From Barthelona sp. PCE (lineage: Eukaryota), in assembly GCA_040285745.1 (NCBI GenBank), contig JAUFOR010000008.1, positions 806,001 to 870,000 on the forward strand: a DNA stretch of 64,000 bases, written 5' to 3'. Below the pieces are notes generated by a model, which was not told the origin of the DNA, did no database searches, and worked only from the letters and a program-made list of their open reading frames with translations. Of the stretch, positions 20,923 to 30,783 are shown piece after piece (positions within the stretch are counted from its first letter, which is position 1; the number at the start of each line of letters is the position of its first letter). The translations under genes were made by a program, and so were the position numbers.

Positions 20923-21678
20923 ATGAGTGACTCTGAATACGATTCTCACGATGACGTTGACGTCCTCATTTCAGAAGAAATGCAGCCAGTACATGAAGAA
21001 GAAATAGTTACAGATGAAATTCCTCGCGAAGTAATTTCAGGGCAAATTTCGGATCTCCAAGCACTGCTAAACACATCATTACTTGGATTTAACCAATTGA
21101 ACGTGTTGAATAACCTTCCTGATAGGAAAACTACAAAATTGCTTAATAAGCACAAAAACACACATGAAAACCTTCGAAGCAACTTGGAGATAACGATGGA
21201 AACGCTCAATTCTGCAGTTGAGCTGAACATGAAGGCTTTAGGCATGGATACAGAAAACCTTTCAATCAAAAAAATAAGTGAAGCGGAGGCTGCACTGGAA
21301 CACGTTAATGATACGGTTTTAGAGATGGCATTTAACTGTATTGAAGAGTTTGATCCACGATCAAAGACGACAGAAGTTTTTGATAACTCCCTCGTAGGAA
21401 GAATCAGTCATGATATGAAGAAACAAAAGGGTATGGCTCTTGAGAAGCTGTATATCCACCACACGAGAGAGCTAATGCAGCTATCAGAATCGACATCATC
21501 AGATTACGTGCGATTGAGGTCTTTGCAGAAGCAATTCTCAAAAAAGAAGGTGCACAAGAAGTCGAAGGATAAGGTTCTCAGTTTTGAAGTCATGAAACCA
21601 CTCGCTTTCTTTATGGTTGCCAATCCTAAACCTCTACCGGAATACGTTGATGGTTTATATTCATCATTATTCCAGTAA
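20923..21678 (+). CDS. BFR2: short Bfr2/AATF-like 90S pre-ribosome factor
   Basis: C-terminal SKDKVLSFEVMKPLAFFM...DGLYSSLF matches the TRAUB-domain end (SKGRKLRYxVxxKLxNFM...LFxSLF). Confidence 0.65.
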   Translation: MSDSEYDSHDDVDVLISEEMQPVHEEEIVTDEIPREVISGQISDLQALLNTSLLGFNQLNVLNNLPDRKTTKLLNKHKNTHENLRSNLEITMETLNSAVELNMKALGMDTENLSIKKISEAEAALEHVNDTVLEMAFNCIEEFDPRSKTTEVFDNSLVGRISHDMKKQKGMALEKLYIHHTRELMQLSESTSSDYVRLRSLQKQFSKKKVHKKSKDKVLSFEVMKPLAFFMVANPKPLPEYVDGLYSSLFQ

Positions 21679-21843
21679 TAAACGACAACAATTTTTTCAA
21701 TGGGAGCTCATCTTTACAGTTACCAATGGTCTGTAGCTTTATTATATTGTGTTTTGTGAAGAATCTGAGAGGAATTTTTGATTCTCATTTTGCACCCTGA
21801 TCAGTTCTTTTTTAAGGTCCAATTGGCAGAAACAGAACAATCA

Positions 21844-23127
21844 ATGGATGTTAAGAAGCGTGCAGAACTGTTAAACCATTACACGGCAAATTTTTTCAAA
21901 AAGCGTCATCAGCATGCAATCCAGGCCAATGTACTGTCCGAAAACATCACAGAAGCGTTGCGAAACAAGAACATTCCAGAGGAAGATATAGTAGAGCGAC
22001 GTAGGGAAATTCTTAAATCAACTGGCACTGCAGCTTTGCGTCGCCGCGGGTTGGAATTAGATGATTTTGAACGCCTTGAGCTCCTTGGCTCAGGGGGCTT
22101 TGGAGAAGTTACATTAGTGCGTTATAAAGAGACGGGGCGTCTTTATGCTCTTAAAAAAATTTCTAAACAACATGTTTTGAAACACAAGGACACGCTCTTT
22201 CACCTTTTGAATGAGCAACAGATTATGACCTTTAATTTAAGTGATCGCCTTGTTAAACTTTGGGGATCTTTTCAGGACGACGAATTTATATATTTTGTAA
22301 TGGATTTTATGCAAGGTGGTGACTTTATGACGCTTGTTTGGCAACGTCGCAGGTTCTCCGAAGAAGAAGCAAAGTTCTATGCAGCGGAAATCATTGTAGC
22401 GCTGCATGAACTCCATCAAAATGAATTCATACATCGTGATATCAAACCTGAGAATATTCTCATTCGTAAAGACGGTCACCTTGTCCTTGCAGACTTTGGT
22501 CTCAGTCATGTATCAAGCTCTAAACCAAGTGAGTTTGTTGAGATGCAGTTATCACAGATGGGACAGATGCCAGAACCCAGTGAGGAAGATCTTCGTCTGT
22601 GGCGTTACCGAATGCGTGCCAAGTCGAAGGTGGGAACCCCAGACTTTGCTGCCCCAGAGTTGCTTACCAACCGCTCTCCCAAGTACGATCACGCCGTTGA
22701 CTTTTGGTCTCTGGGTATCATTATCTATTTAATGGTTTACGGTTTCCTGCCTTTCAGGGGCCGTTCCAAGCAGGAGCTTCTCAATCGTATTGTTAATTAT
22801 CGTTTAGAATTGAATTTTCCTTCACGTTACAGGATCTCTCCAGAATTACGTGATCTTATTAGTAATCTTCTTAAGGGACAGCGTAACCGTCTCGGAAGGA
22901 AGAATATCAACGAGATTTTTGACCACCCTTGGTTTGAAGGTATTGATTGGGAGAATTTGCATAACATGACACCTCCACATGTTCCTGAGTTTGAAAGCGA
23001 GACGGATGTATCGAGGTTTAAGGATGTGCTCGAGTATAATGCCCCGATCAGGGACCATACTTTGGATTTGAGAGAGTTTGACAGTGTATTTAATTTGTAC
23101 ACTTTCAACGAGATTCCAAGAGAGTAA
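21844..23127 (+). CDS. NDR/LATS-family AGC Ser/Thr kinase
   Basis: GSGGFGEV, HRDIKPEN, DFG, an insert between subdomains VII and VIII, SKVGTPDFAAPE, hydrophobic motif FNLYTF and a basic N-terminal MOB-binding-like region. Confidence 0.9.
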   Translation: MDVKKRAELLNHYTANFFKKRHQHAIQANVLSENITEALRNKNIPEEDIVERRREILKSTGTAALRRRGLELDDFERLELLGSGGFGEVTLVRYKETGRLYALKKISKQHVLKHKDTLFHLLNEQQIMTFNLSDRLVKLWGSFQDDEFIYFVMDFMQGGDFMTLVWQRRRFSEEEAKFYAAEIIVALHELHQNEFIHRDIKPENILIRKDGHLVLADFGLSHVSSSKPSEFVEMQLSQMGQMPEPSEEDLRLWRYRMRAKSKVGTPDFAAPELLTNRSPKYDHAVDFWSLGIIIYLMVYGFLPFRGRSKQELLNRIVNYRLELNFPSRYRISPELRDLISNLLKGQRNRLGRKNINEIFDHPWFEGIDWENLHNMTPPHVPEFESETDVSRFKDVLEYNAPIRDHTLDLREFDSVFNLYTFNEIPRE

Positions 23128-23389
23128 ATGATGTTTTTTTGTTTATTTGACATTGATCAGTGGTTACTACAGTGAAACATTATCATTGAATTGAACAAAA
23201 ACAGCTATTCCCATTGAAGATAATTGAGCTAGATTGAAGCTCAGTTTATAACTTGGCAACTCAACTTTACACAGGCGAAAAATTAGTAATGTGGACCAAT
23301 GAGCCACAAAGTTATTGAAATAAGAACCTTAAAGTATTGTTTTGTGTTTTTTTACCCATTCAACGGTTTTTACATTTTAACACGTTATA

Positions 23390-23821
23390 ATGTCATTTTC
23401 TTACTGTGATCACCCGGCTGATATTCAGATCACTACACCCGAAGCTACATGCATTGAAGAGTCTATTTGTGGTCTCCTTTTGGGTATGTACAACGTTATG
23501 ACACCAATTGAGCATGTGGATCCAACCCAAAAGTTCGAAATAGAGGCTGAGGGAGATGATTTATACGATTTAATATACAACATTATGGATGAAGCCCTCT
23601 TTACATTTGATTGTGATCTGCTTGTTGGCTCAAGAGCTCGTGTTCTTGATATACAGTGTCCAAAAGAGGGTAGATTCAGTATTAAGGTCGAGCTTGAGGG
23701 TGAAGTTTTTGATTTAGACAAGCATGAACAGGGAACTGAAGTTAAAGCAATTACAAAGAGTGCTTTAAGAGTAGTGGAAAGCGAAGAGAGCTGCATTGCG
23801 TGGGTCATTATTGATATATGA
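23390..23821 (+). CDS. archease (RtcB tRNA-ligase cofactor)
   Basis: DHPAD near the N-terminus, GTEVKAIT and C-terminal IIDI; 143 aa. Confidence 0.93.
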   Translation: MSFSYCDHPADIQITTPEATCIEESICGLLLGMYNVMTPIEHVDPTQKFEIEAEGDDLYDLIYNIMDEALFTFDCDLLVGSRARVLDIQCPKEGRFSIKVELEGEVFDLDKHEQGTEVKAITKSALRVVESEESCIAWVIIDI

Positions 23822-24007
23822 TCATTGAATGTTAGTGTTCCTGATAAAAATGATCTCCTGTTTTTAGAGATAAAATGGTGCCGGCACTTTTTGTTTCCTA
23901 ACTCTGAGTGCTTCTTAGTAAATATAATTACGAGAACATGTGTTATCTCTGAGGAAGATCGTGAAGAAAACACTAGAACTCATGAATCAATTTTTCAACC
24001 CTTTGCA

Positions 24008-25870
24008 ATGAGCGACGACGAATTTGAACTTGATTTGGACTTTTCCAGAGACAGAAAACGCACTCAGACAGAGGACGCTGCCAAATCACAAAAAACAGAA
24101 GAAAATTCTGACGATATTAGGGTATTTCCTTCGCAATATGGTTTGAAGGAGTTGGCACAGATGCATCACAGGGTCAAGCACGCAGTTTCATTTAAGAAAC
24201 AGGAGATTGAAGATCTATTCGGAACATTGACTGATTTTTCTCAGCTTGAAGGCGTAGAAGGCACTGTTCTACGAACAATCACGGACGTATTCGGGTTCGA
24301 ACGTCCTACTCTAGTACAATCTAAGTCATTAGCGCACGTTGTGATGGGGAAAGATGTTCTTATCAGAGCAGCAACGGGTTCTGGAAAGACTCTTGCATAT
24401 CTACTTCCTATTCTCTTGCACATGCTGTCCCTGCGTAAGAAGGACCCTACATTTAACAGGAGTAACGGTATCAATGCTGTAATTGTAGCACCAACTCGCG
24501 AGCTTGTCATTCAGATCAATGATGAGTTTACAAAGTTGAGCAGAAACTTCCCCTTCATTGTATCCGGCAATATTATTGGCGGTGAGTCGAAGAAATCACA
24601 AAAAGCAAAACTCAGAAAGGGGCTAAATGTCCTGGTGGGAACACCCGGCCGATTGCTGGATCATCTTACGACAACAGAAGCTGCCAAGAACGCACTGGCG
24701 AACGTAGAGATGTTTGTCATCGATGAAGCAGACAAAACACTTATAATGAACCTGGGCAACTCGGTAAAGGCTGCCTACACAACGATTTTGAATGCTACTC
24801 GCGTGCAACCTCAGGTGGTCATGTGTTCAGCCACACTACAGGACGATGTTACAGAGCTGGCTACAGAACTTCTGAGGGATAACTCAGTATGGGTGAAAAC
24901 GAACGAGGATATCAGCACCTTTTCTGTGCCAGATAGCTTAGTCCAGTATTACACAATGGTTCCTGCCAAGTCTCGCCTTCCAGCGCTCATGGGGTTGGTG
25001 CTGTGGAAGCACACACATCCTGCTCGTGGAATAATATACGTAACCACATGCGCAGAGGTTGACTTTCTCATCAGCATGCTAATGATTGCTCCTACCCCAG
25101 CCAAGAATAGAACGAGCGCCAAAGTACGACTTCCTCCGCTATTCCACGGTGTTACATTCATAGGAATGCACGGTAATATGTCGCAAGAGGAAAGAAATGA
25201 TGCTTTCAAATTATTCAAGAAGAACCAAAACTCAGTACTTGTGTGCACCGATGTTGCTGCCCGTGGCCTGGACTTCTCAGAGGTACAGTACGTGTGTCAG
25301 TATGATCTTCCATCATCTGCAGCTGATTACGTGCATCGTATTGGAAGAACTGCTCGTGCTGGCAATAAGGGTGACAGTTACATCTTTTTACAGCCTCAGG
25401 AATACAAAATGTTGGAGTATCTTGGCAGTCAAGGTTTGGAGTTGTTCCAACTTGAATTAAATGTTCTTTTTCAACGCCTTACAAAGCTTATTGGTCTCAC
25501 AAATGATGCAATGACACTCACAGGCATCCTTTACGGTGCTCTTATGAGACGAATCGACGAGATTGAAAAAGATAAAGGAAAAAGCGAAACAACTATTCCT
25601 CAAATGGGAAGAGAAGCATTTTTTGCTTACGTAAAGGCATATAAGAACTTATCTCGTGAGCTTAAGAAGTATGTCAATTTTAAGAATCTTCATTTGGGTC
25701 ATCTTTGCAAAAGTTTTTGTTTGAGTGAGACGCCTAAACAAATTGGAAGTGCATTGAGATCTAAACATCATCCACAGGCAGCAAAGGGATCAGATAAGAA
25801 GAGAGCACCCAAAAAACAGAAGGAGAAAAAAATTGCACCTAGATGGAGACCTCGTAAGCAACGTCGTTGA
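24008..25870 (+). CDS. DBP7: DEAD-box RNA helicase DBP7/DDX31
   Basis: ATGSGKT, PTREL, GGESKKSQKAKLRKG, DEAD, SAT, HRIGRTAR and C-terminal LHLGHLCKSF. Confidence 0.9.
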   Translation: MSDDEFELDLDFSRDRKRTQTEDAAKSQKTEENSDDIRVFPSQYGLKELAQMHHRVKHAVSFKKQEIEDLFGTLTDFSQLEGVEGTVLRTITDVFGFERPTLVQSKSLAHVVMGKDVLIRAATGSGKTLAYLLPILLHMLSLRKKDPTFNRSNGINAVIVAPTRELVIQINDEFTKLSRNFPFIVSGNIIGGESKKSQKAKLRKGLNVLVGTPGRLLDHLTTTEAAKNALANVEMFVIDEADKTLIMNLGNSVKAAYTTILNATRVQPQVVMCSATLQDDVTELATELLRDNSVWVKTNEDISTFSVPDSLVQYYTMVPAKSRLPALMGLVLWKHTHPARGIIYVTTCAEVDFLISMLMIAPTPAKNRTSAKVRLPPLFHGVTFIGMHGNMSQEERNDAFKLFKKNQNSVLVCTDVAARGLDFSEVQYVCQYDLPSSAADYVHRIGRTARAGNKGDSYIFLQPQEYKMLEYLGSQGLELFQLELNVLFQRLTKLIGLTNDAMTLTGILYGALMRRIDEIEKDKGKSETTIPQMGREAFFAYVKAYKNLSRELKKYVNFKNLHLGHLCKSFCLSETPKQIGSALRSKHHPQAAKGSDKKRAPKKQKEKKIAPRWRPRKQRR

Positions 25871-26329
25871 TCACTGAAGATATTTTCTATATTTAGGGAG
25901 TAACAGGCGTTTCTCTTCGAAAGATTTGTTCTCGTCATCATGTTTCAATAACGTTTTGGCCACAAGATTAAACGTTGGAAGAATAATTGGTTTTTTCTTC
26001 TTTTCAAAGTTATTTTTAAGTAAACGCATTGGTATCCCAACCATTCCGTACACTCTTACAGACGGGTCTGAACGAGATTTTGCTGAATGAGGAATATATC
26101 GTAACTCTTGGTTGTGGCGCTCCAACATGTGGGATTCAAGATCGTTTATACTCTTTCCTATGTGATTGCATGGGATTGATGTCCCATTACGTTTGAATCT
26201 CCGACAGGGACATGAAAAATGACGAATTCGTTGATGTGTAATTAGTATAGCTTCATTTTGAAACGTTCTCATACAGTAATAACACTGTACTTGCTCCTTA
26301 TTAACCTTCTTCTTTCGTTTTTTGCCCAT
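25871..26329 (-). CDS. ZNF207: minimal ZNF207/BuGZ/SUF4-like zinc-finger protein
   Basis: MGKKRKK...CYYCMRTF...ILITHQRIRHFSC, VYGMVGIP and GLEBS-like SFEEKRLLLPKY. Confidence 0.85.
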   Translation of the reverse strand: MGKKRKKKVNKEQVQCYYCMRTFQNEAILITHQRIRHFSCPCRRFKRNGTSIPCNHIGKSINDLESHMLERHNQELRYIPHSAKSRSDPSVRVYGMVGIPMRLLKNNFEKKKKPIILPTFNLVAKTLLKHDDENKSFEEKRLLLPKYRKYLQ

Positions 26330-26369
26330 GAAAAAAATGAATTAAGGAAAAAAATCTTTTACAATTGGA

Positions 26370-28358
26370 TTAACGTTGACTGCGAACTGAATTGTAGTTT
26401 TTATGAGATGAACTGATACTCTGTGATACAAGGGTGGGGATTGGAACTTTGATATGCACTCTGGTACCTAAATCCGGACCAGATTCTATATTGAAAATTC
26501 CTGAAAACATTTTGGTTACCGTCACAGCCTTTGATAGACCAAAACCAGAACCGAAGCTACGTACTTTGTTGACTGATTCTGTTTTAACACCGTAACTAGC
26601 GAGATCCTTAAGTACATCCTGATCAGGGAATCCAACTCCCTTGTCCTCTACAATAATGTGGAGGTTATGGACACTCAACGCAACACGGACAAAAATCGTG
26701 GAGCTTGGAGGAGAATACTTACGGCTGTTAGCAACGAGATCACGAACAACATCAGAAAAAACGGGGGGCATCAGAATTTCGCTAACATGATGCCTATAAC
26801 CAAATACAATTTGTAGAAGGTGCTTTCTACCTTCATAAGAATCGTACTTCAACTTGTCCAAGAAAAGACCGAGACCAGATCCTGTTAACATTGAATTGCG
26901 TGTGACTGCTTCTGTCCAATCAGCGAAAGAGTTATGGAATTCGCTGTAGGGAATTTTCAACCACTGCTCAGGTGCACGGACACGCACTATGAGCTCAGAA
27001 GCACGGTCATTCAACGATTTAAGGATGTTATCGTTCAACAAACCAACAAGTTCAGAAATTTTTTCATTCTCAGTGTTGGAGGCACTAACATTATTGATCA
27101 ATTCAAGGGACTCAGCCTTGACGATCTCAACAAGAGATTCTGTTGATTTCAGTTGATTAAGTACCTCATCACTGCTAATATTAAGTGCTTCCTGGTAAGC
27201 AGCAACCTGTGAGCAAGATCTAGGGAAAATATCGGCCTTGATCTCCTCAGCGGTCTTTGACGTTAACTCAGCAAAGGCACCACATATTGTATCAATCAAT
27301 CTACCAACAATGTTAATAACGTTAACGATTGAGTGGAAATCAATCTTTATACGCTGCTCATTGGTAAAATCTGGCATCTCCAGCTCAAGAGACTTGCGCA
27401 GGAGCAGCACAAGGTTGGAACTTACCTTCAAAATACTGTCCATCTCATCTTCTTCGACGGTGACGGGAGCACGGTGCATGAGCGGGTCTTCCCCTGAATT
27501 GGTTAACCACGGGTGCTGGATGAGGTCATCCACGTTGAACCTGTCTTCGGGGGAGCGGCGAAGCATTCCGATTAGAAGAGAGCAAGCGGGATGTTTGACG
27601 AAATGTTTGGGAATGTCGATAGGCTTACTAAGAATCTCATTAAACAGTGTTCCGACGTCCTTGGCCTGGAACGGGGGCTTTCCGTGGAGTAATTGATAGA
27701 AAACAACACCAAGGGCCCATACATCCAGAGCAGCACCCTTCAGCACTGGAAGATTAGGAGCGTTCGATCCGTATCTTCTTCTTTGCAGGTAGTATCTCAC
27801 AGCCTCTGGGGCGATCGTGAGCGGTGTTCCGGCAACAGATTTGATATTGTCAATGTCAGAATCAACAGAAAGACCAAAATCGATCAAGTATAGCTGCCCC
27901 GTCTCTGTCAGAAGAATATTATCAGCCTTGATGTCTCTATGCGCGACCCCAGAGCTGTGGATGAAATGCAGAGTCGAAACTAGATCACGCATGAAAAGTC
28001 GAACGGCTTCAATAGAATGGGGTTGGGTACTAGCATTCTGAACGAATAAAGGACGTCCGTTCTCAATGTGCTCAAAGACAAGCACAATTGATGGGTCATC
28101 TGTATGTGATAAATCGAGTGCTTCATAAAACTTGGGAATATGCGGATGATTGTCGGAAAGCTTGCTCATAATAGCAATCTCTCTTTTTGCCGTAGGCGGA
28201 ATCACTCCATTTTTCTTTAGAGTGATCTTTTTCAAGGCATATTCTTTTGATGTGTCTTCTGGATCATAGCAACGGTAAACTGTTGCTTGTGACCCTGATC
28301 CAATCACTTCTTGGACCACATATTGAGCAAAAGTTTGACTTTGGTTGACGCGGGACAT
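26370..28358 (-). CDS. CAMKK-like Ser/Thr kinase fused to a histidine-kinase-like (HATPase_c) module
   Basis: Kinase: GSGSQATV, ALKK, HRDIKADN, DFG, APE, DVWALG. GHKL boxes: DLVANSRKY (N), VEDKGVGF (G1), GSGFGLS (G2), ESGPDLGT (G3). Confidence 0.88.
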   Translation of the reverse strand: MSRVNQSQTFAQYVVQEVIGSGSQATVYRCYDPEDTSKEYALKKITLKKNGVIPPTAKREIAIMSKLSDNHPHIPKFYEALDLSHTDDPSIVLVFEHIENGRPLFVQNASTQPHSIEAVRLFMRDLVSTLHFIHSSGVAHRDIKADNILLTETGQLYLIDFGLSVDSDIDNIKSVAGTPLTIAPEAVRYYLQRRRYGSNAPNLPVLKGAALDVWALGVVFYQLLHGKPPFQAKDVGTLFNEILSKPIDIPKHFVKHPACSLLIGMLRRSPEDRFNVDDLIQHPWLTNSGEDPLMHRAPVTVEEDEMDSILKVSSNLVLLLRKSLELEMPDFTNEQRIKIDFHSIVNVINIVGRLIDTICGAFAELTSKTAEEIKADIFPRSCSQVAAYQEALNISSDEVLNQLKSTESLVEIVKAESLELINNVSASNTENEKISELVGLLNDNILKSLNDRASELIVRVRAPEQWLKIPYSEFHNSFADWTEAVTRNSMLTGSGLGLFLDKLKYDSYEGRKHLLQIVFGYRHHVSEILMPPVFSDVVRDLVANSRKYSPPSSTIFVRVALSVHNLHIIVEDKGVGFPDQDVLKDLASYGVKTESVNKVRSFGSGFGLSKAVTVTKMFSGIFNIESGPDLGTRVHIKVPIPTLVSQSISSSHKNYNSVRSQR

Positions 28359-28385
28359 AGAAAAGCAAAAAGTAACAAAAAGCAA

Positions 28386-28399
28386 GTTTATTTATACCT
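28386..28399 (-). promoter_or_regulatory. putative polyadenylation element AGGTATAAATAAAC
   Basis: Identical 14-mer at 33053-33066; both copies lie just downstream of a minus-strand stop and contain AATAAA. Confidence 0.5.
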
Positions 28400-28407
28400 C
28401 TATTTAC

Positions 28408-29988
28408 TTACATTGTCATTGATCGTGCAAGAAAGCATGTCTGTTTATCAAATCCGGGTGATTCTTTGAAGGGTTGATTGAAAAACAATGAAAGTGCACC
28501 TACATCCTTTAACATTGCGTTTTCATCCTCTATACCATCCAAGCCATCAACACACAGCCTTAGGAATGTGTAATCCATACTTTCTTTATCAACAAAACTC
28601 GCCAACAACTCTTGCAATTCTTGCTCAAGGAAGAACAGCACACGTGCATCAATGAGAATGTTCATATCGCTCAGTGAAGCCGTTATCTTGTGCAGTACGT
28701 TGAGAATATTAAAACTAAGTATTTGAGAACTGTCGAGATTTGTGTGAGAGTGCGATCTTTTACCTATTGTACTGAATTTTGACTGTTCTACTGCGATTCT
28801 CAGTGCTTTTCTCAACAAAAAGTCCATCATTATATTTAAACTGGGATTATCATTGTTATGGAACAGAGAGTAACGCTTCTTCATATACTGTGATTGAGGA
28901 TATTGTCCTAGAGCTATGAAATCTAATATATCGCTCACAAAATACACCAAACAGATGCTTCGTCTGATCAAATCTGATGAAAACATCGAATCATTATGAT
29001 TGAAATTGTCAAGCAATTTCTGAATGATTTTTTGCTTTAATTCCTTTGCAGGAAACTTAAACCCACGCACGTCCTTCAAAGCAGCACATAATATGTCGAA
29101 TAAATGATAGGTAATAGTATCTAGCCTTATAAATGAAAATTTTTGACTTGTCAGACAAAATTGAACTCCTTCAATAATTTCTATCCCTTCAAGCAACTTC
29201 ATCTCATACATAATCGATATCTCAATCATCCTAAATAATGATTCATGAGGCATAATATCAACTAGCACTTGTAGTACCTCCAACAACATGTCAGTACTGT
29301 AATTTGCGTTATCCATTGAATAACAGCCAATATACGAAAGTACTAACACAGAAATATTAAGCTGAATCAGTGAAGTTGATTTAAGAAAAGTCAGAAAAGA
29401 AAAAAAAGTATGTGTATTAATAATTTGTTGCATATTATCAATGAAATATGCATTTAAATCATTCTGTAAATCAGAATTTTCAATAAAAAAATCAAGAAAT
29501 TGTATATTTAAAGTTTTTAAAGTTGCTGAGAGAACTGAGTTTCTGAAGTAACGGTTCAACCAATATATGTCATTATTACTCTCTATCTCGTTCTGGTTCG
29601 CTCGAAGGTATGTATGTAATGCTGAAAATGATGTGTAAGAGGGGTCTTGCTGAATTTGTTCAAAAAATTGATGCAACATTCCAGCAGTTTCGTAATTATA
29701 CTCCTGTTGTGTTTCCCTCACGCAATGTTCCGAAGTGGTGAATGCTTCATCCCTAAATTGCTCCATTGAATCCAAAAATTGAATAGAAAATTCATGTACA
29801 TGCCCCAAAAGCTCTATTGACTTAACCAACTGGCCATAGTGGGCTCCAATGTTGACTTCAAGGTTTGAGCTGAGTATAACTTTCTTGTTCTGCAGTGCTT
29901 CAATGGATTGATCCAATCTAATATTTGCTTCACAGCATTGAAGTACTTCTGGCAGAAACCTATCGCTCCCTGATGATTTCTTGGACAT
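28408..29988 (-). CDS. hypothetical all-helical protein, weakly CATCHR-tether-like
   Basis: 526-codon ORF. N-terminal coiled coil LEVNIGAHYGQLVKSIELL is reminiscent of exocyst/COG/GARP subunit N-termini (weak). Confidence 0.55.
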   Translation of the reverse strand: MSKKSSGSDRFLPEVLQCCEANIRLDQSIEALQNKKVILSSNLEVNIGAHYGQLVKSIELLGHVHEFSIQFLDSMEQFRDEAFTTSEHCVRETQQEYNYETAGMLHQFFEQIQQDPSYTSFSALHTYLRANQNEIESNNDIYWLNRYFRNSVLSATLKTLNIQFLDFFIENSDLQNDLNAYFIDNMQQIINTHTFFSFLTFLKSTSLIQLNISVLVLSYIGCYSMDNANYSTDMLLEVLQVLVDIMPHESLFRMIEISIMYEMKLLEGIEIIEGVQFCLTSQKFSFIRLDTITYHLFDILCAALKDVRGFKFPAKELKQKIIQKLLDNFNHNDSMFSSDLIRRSICLVYFVSDILDFIALGQYPQSQYMKKRYSLFHNNDNPSLNIMMDFLLRKALRIAVEQSKFSTIGKRSHSHTNLDSSQILSFNILNVLHKITASLSDMNILIDARVLFFLEQELQELLASFVDKESMDYTFLRLCVDGLDGIEDENAMLKDVGALSLFFNQPFKESPGFDKQTCFLARSMTM

Positions 29989-30077
29989 TAATGTGATCTC
30001 ATAACCGAAAAAGGTTAATAAGTAGTAAAACGCGTGCATTTTGTTTTTCAGCGTTACTCACACAAATTTTAAATGTC

Positions 30078-30731
30078 ATGAAGAAACGGGCAACTTCAGC
30101 ATCACGGAAAAGGGGCAGAAATTTGCGATTTGGAGAGAAGTTTGAAGATGTAGTTAAGGAACGACGCAATTCAGACGAAAGATTGGATTATATTCATGAT
30201 GTCATTGATGAACGTCAGAAATATATCGACCAAATGCTATTATTAAGCAAAAGATCAAAGCATGAGTTGGATGCTAAGATTAATGCTGAGTTTGGAGCAT
30301 TATCGCAACATGATGTGAAGAAAATGAACCTCCCAATGAAGAACGTGTCCATTATGGGTATGATTGATGATGTAGACGATCATCACGTTGAGCTTCAATC
30401 TAGTTCTGAATTCCATCGTTCTTGTAGTATTAATGCGCCAGTACAGCAGGGTGTCGACGAATCCCAGGAATTTACACCACTGAAAAACTCTTTAACCCTT
30501 AAAAAAATGGACGTACCTAAGAAAAAACCTGATTCACCTTATGATAGTCATAAAGTTGAGGTTTTCGTGTACAGGGAGCCTGAATCAACCAGCACAGGCG
30601 AGATGCAATCGGCAATTTCACCTCGTTCAATTCGTTTAATTAAACCACCTTGGATCAATCGTAAGATATCACCTGATCCAACCTTTACGACTTCTGAGCA
30701 TTCAGCCTTTGAAGAAGCAATAAATCAATAA
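30078..30731 (+). CDS. hypothetical protein
   Basis: 217-codon ORF with a basic N-terminus; AATAAA overlaps the stop. Confidence 0.6.
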   Translation: MKKRATSASRKRGRNLRFGEKFEDVVKERRNSDERLDYIHDVIDERQKYIDQMLLLSKRSKHELDAKINAEFGALSQHDVKKMNLPMKNVSIMGMIDDVDDHHVELQSSSEFHRSCSINAPVQQGVDESQEFTPLKNSLTLKKMDVPKKKPDSPYDSHKVEVFVYREPESTSTGEMQSAISPRSIRLIKPPWINRKISPDPTFTTSEHSAFEEAINQ

Positions 30732-30783
30732 AATAACCTGCAATTTTTTTTTTCACTTTGCTTTTGTACATTTTTTTTGCTTT

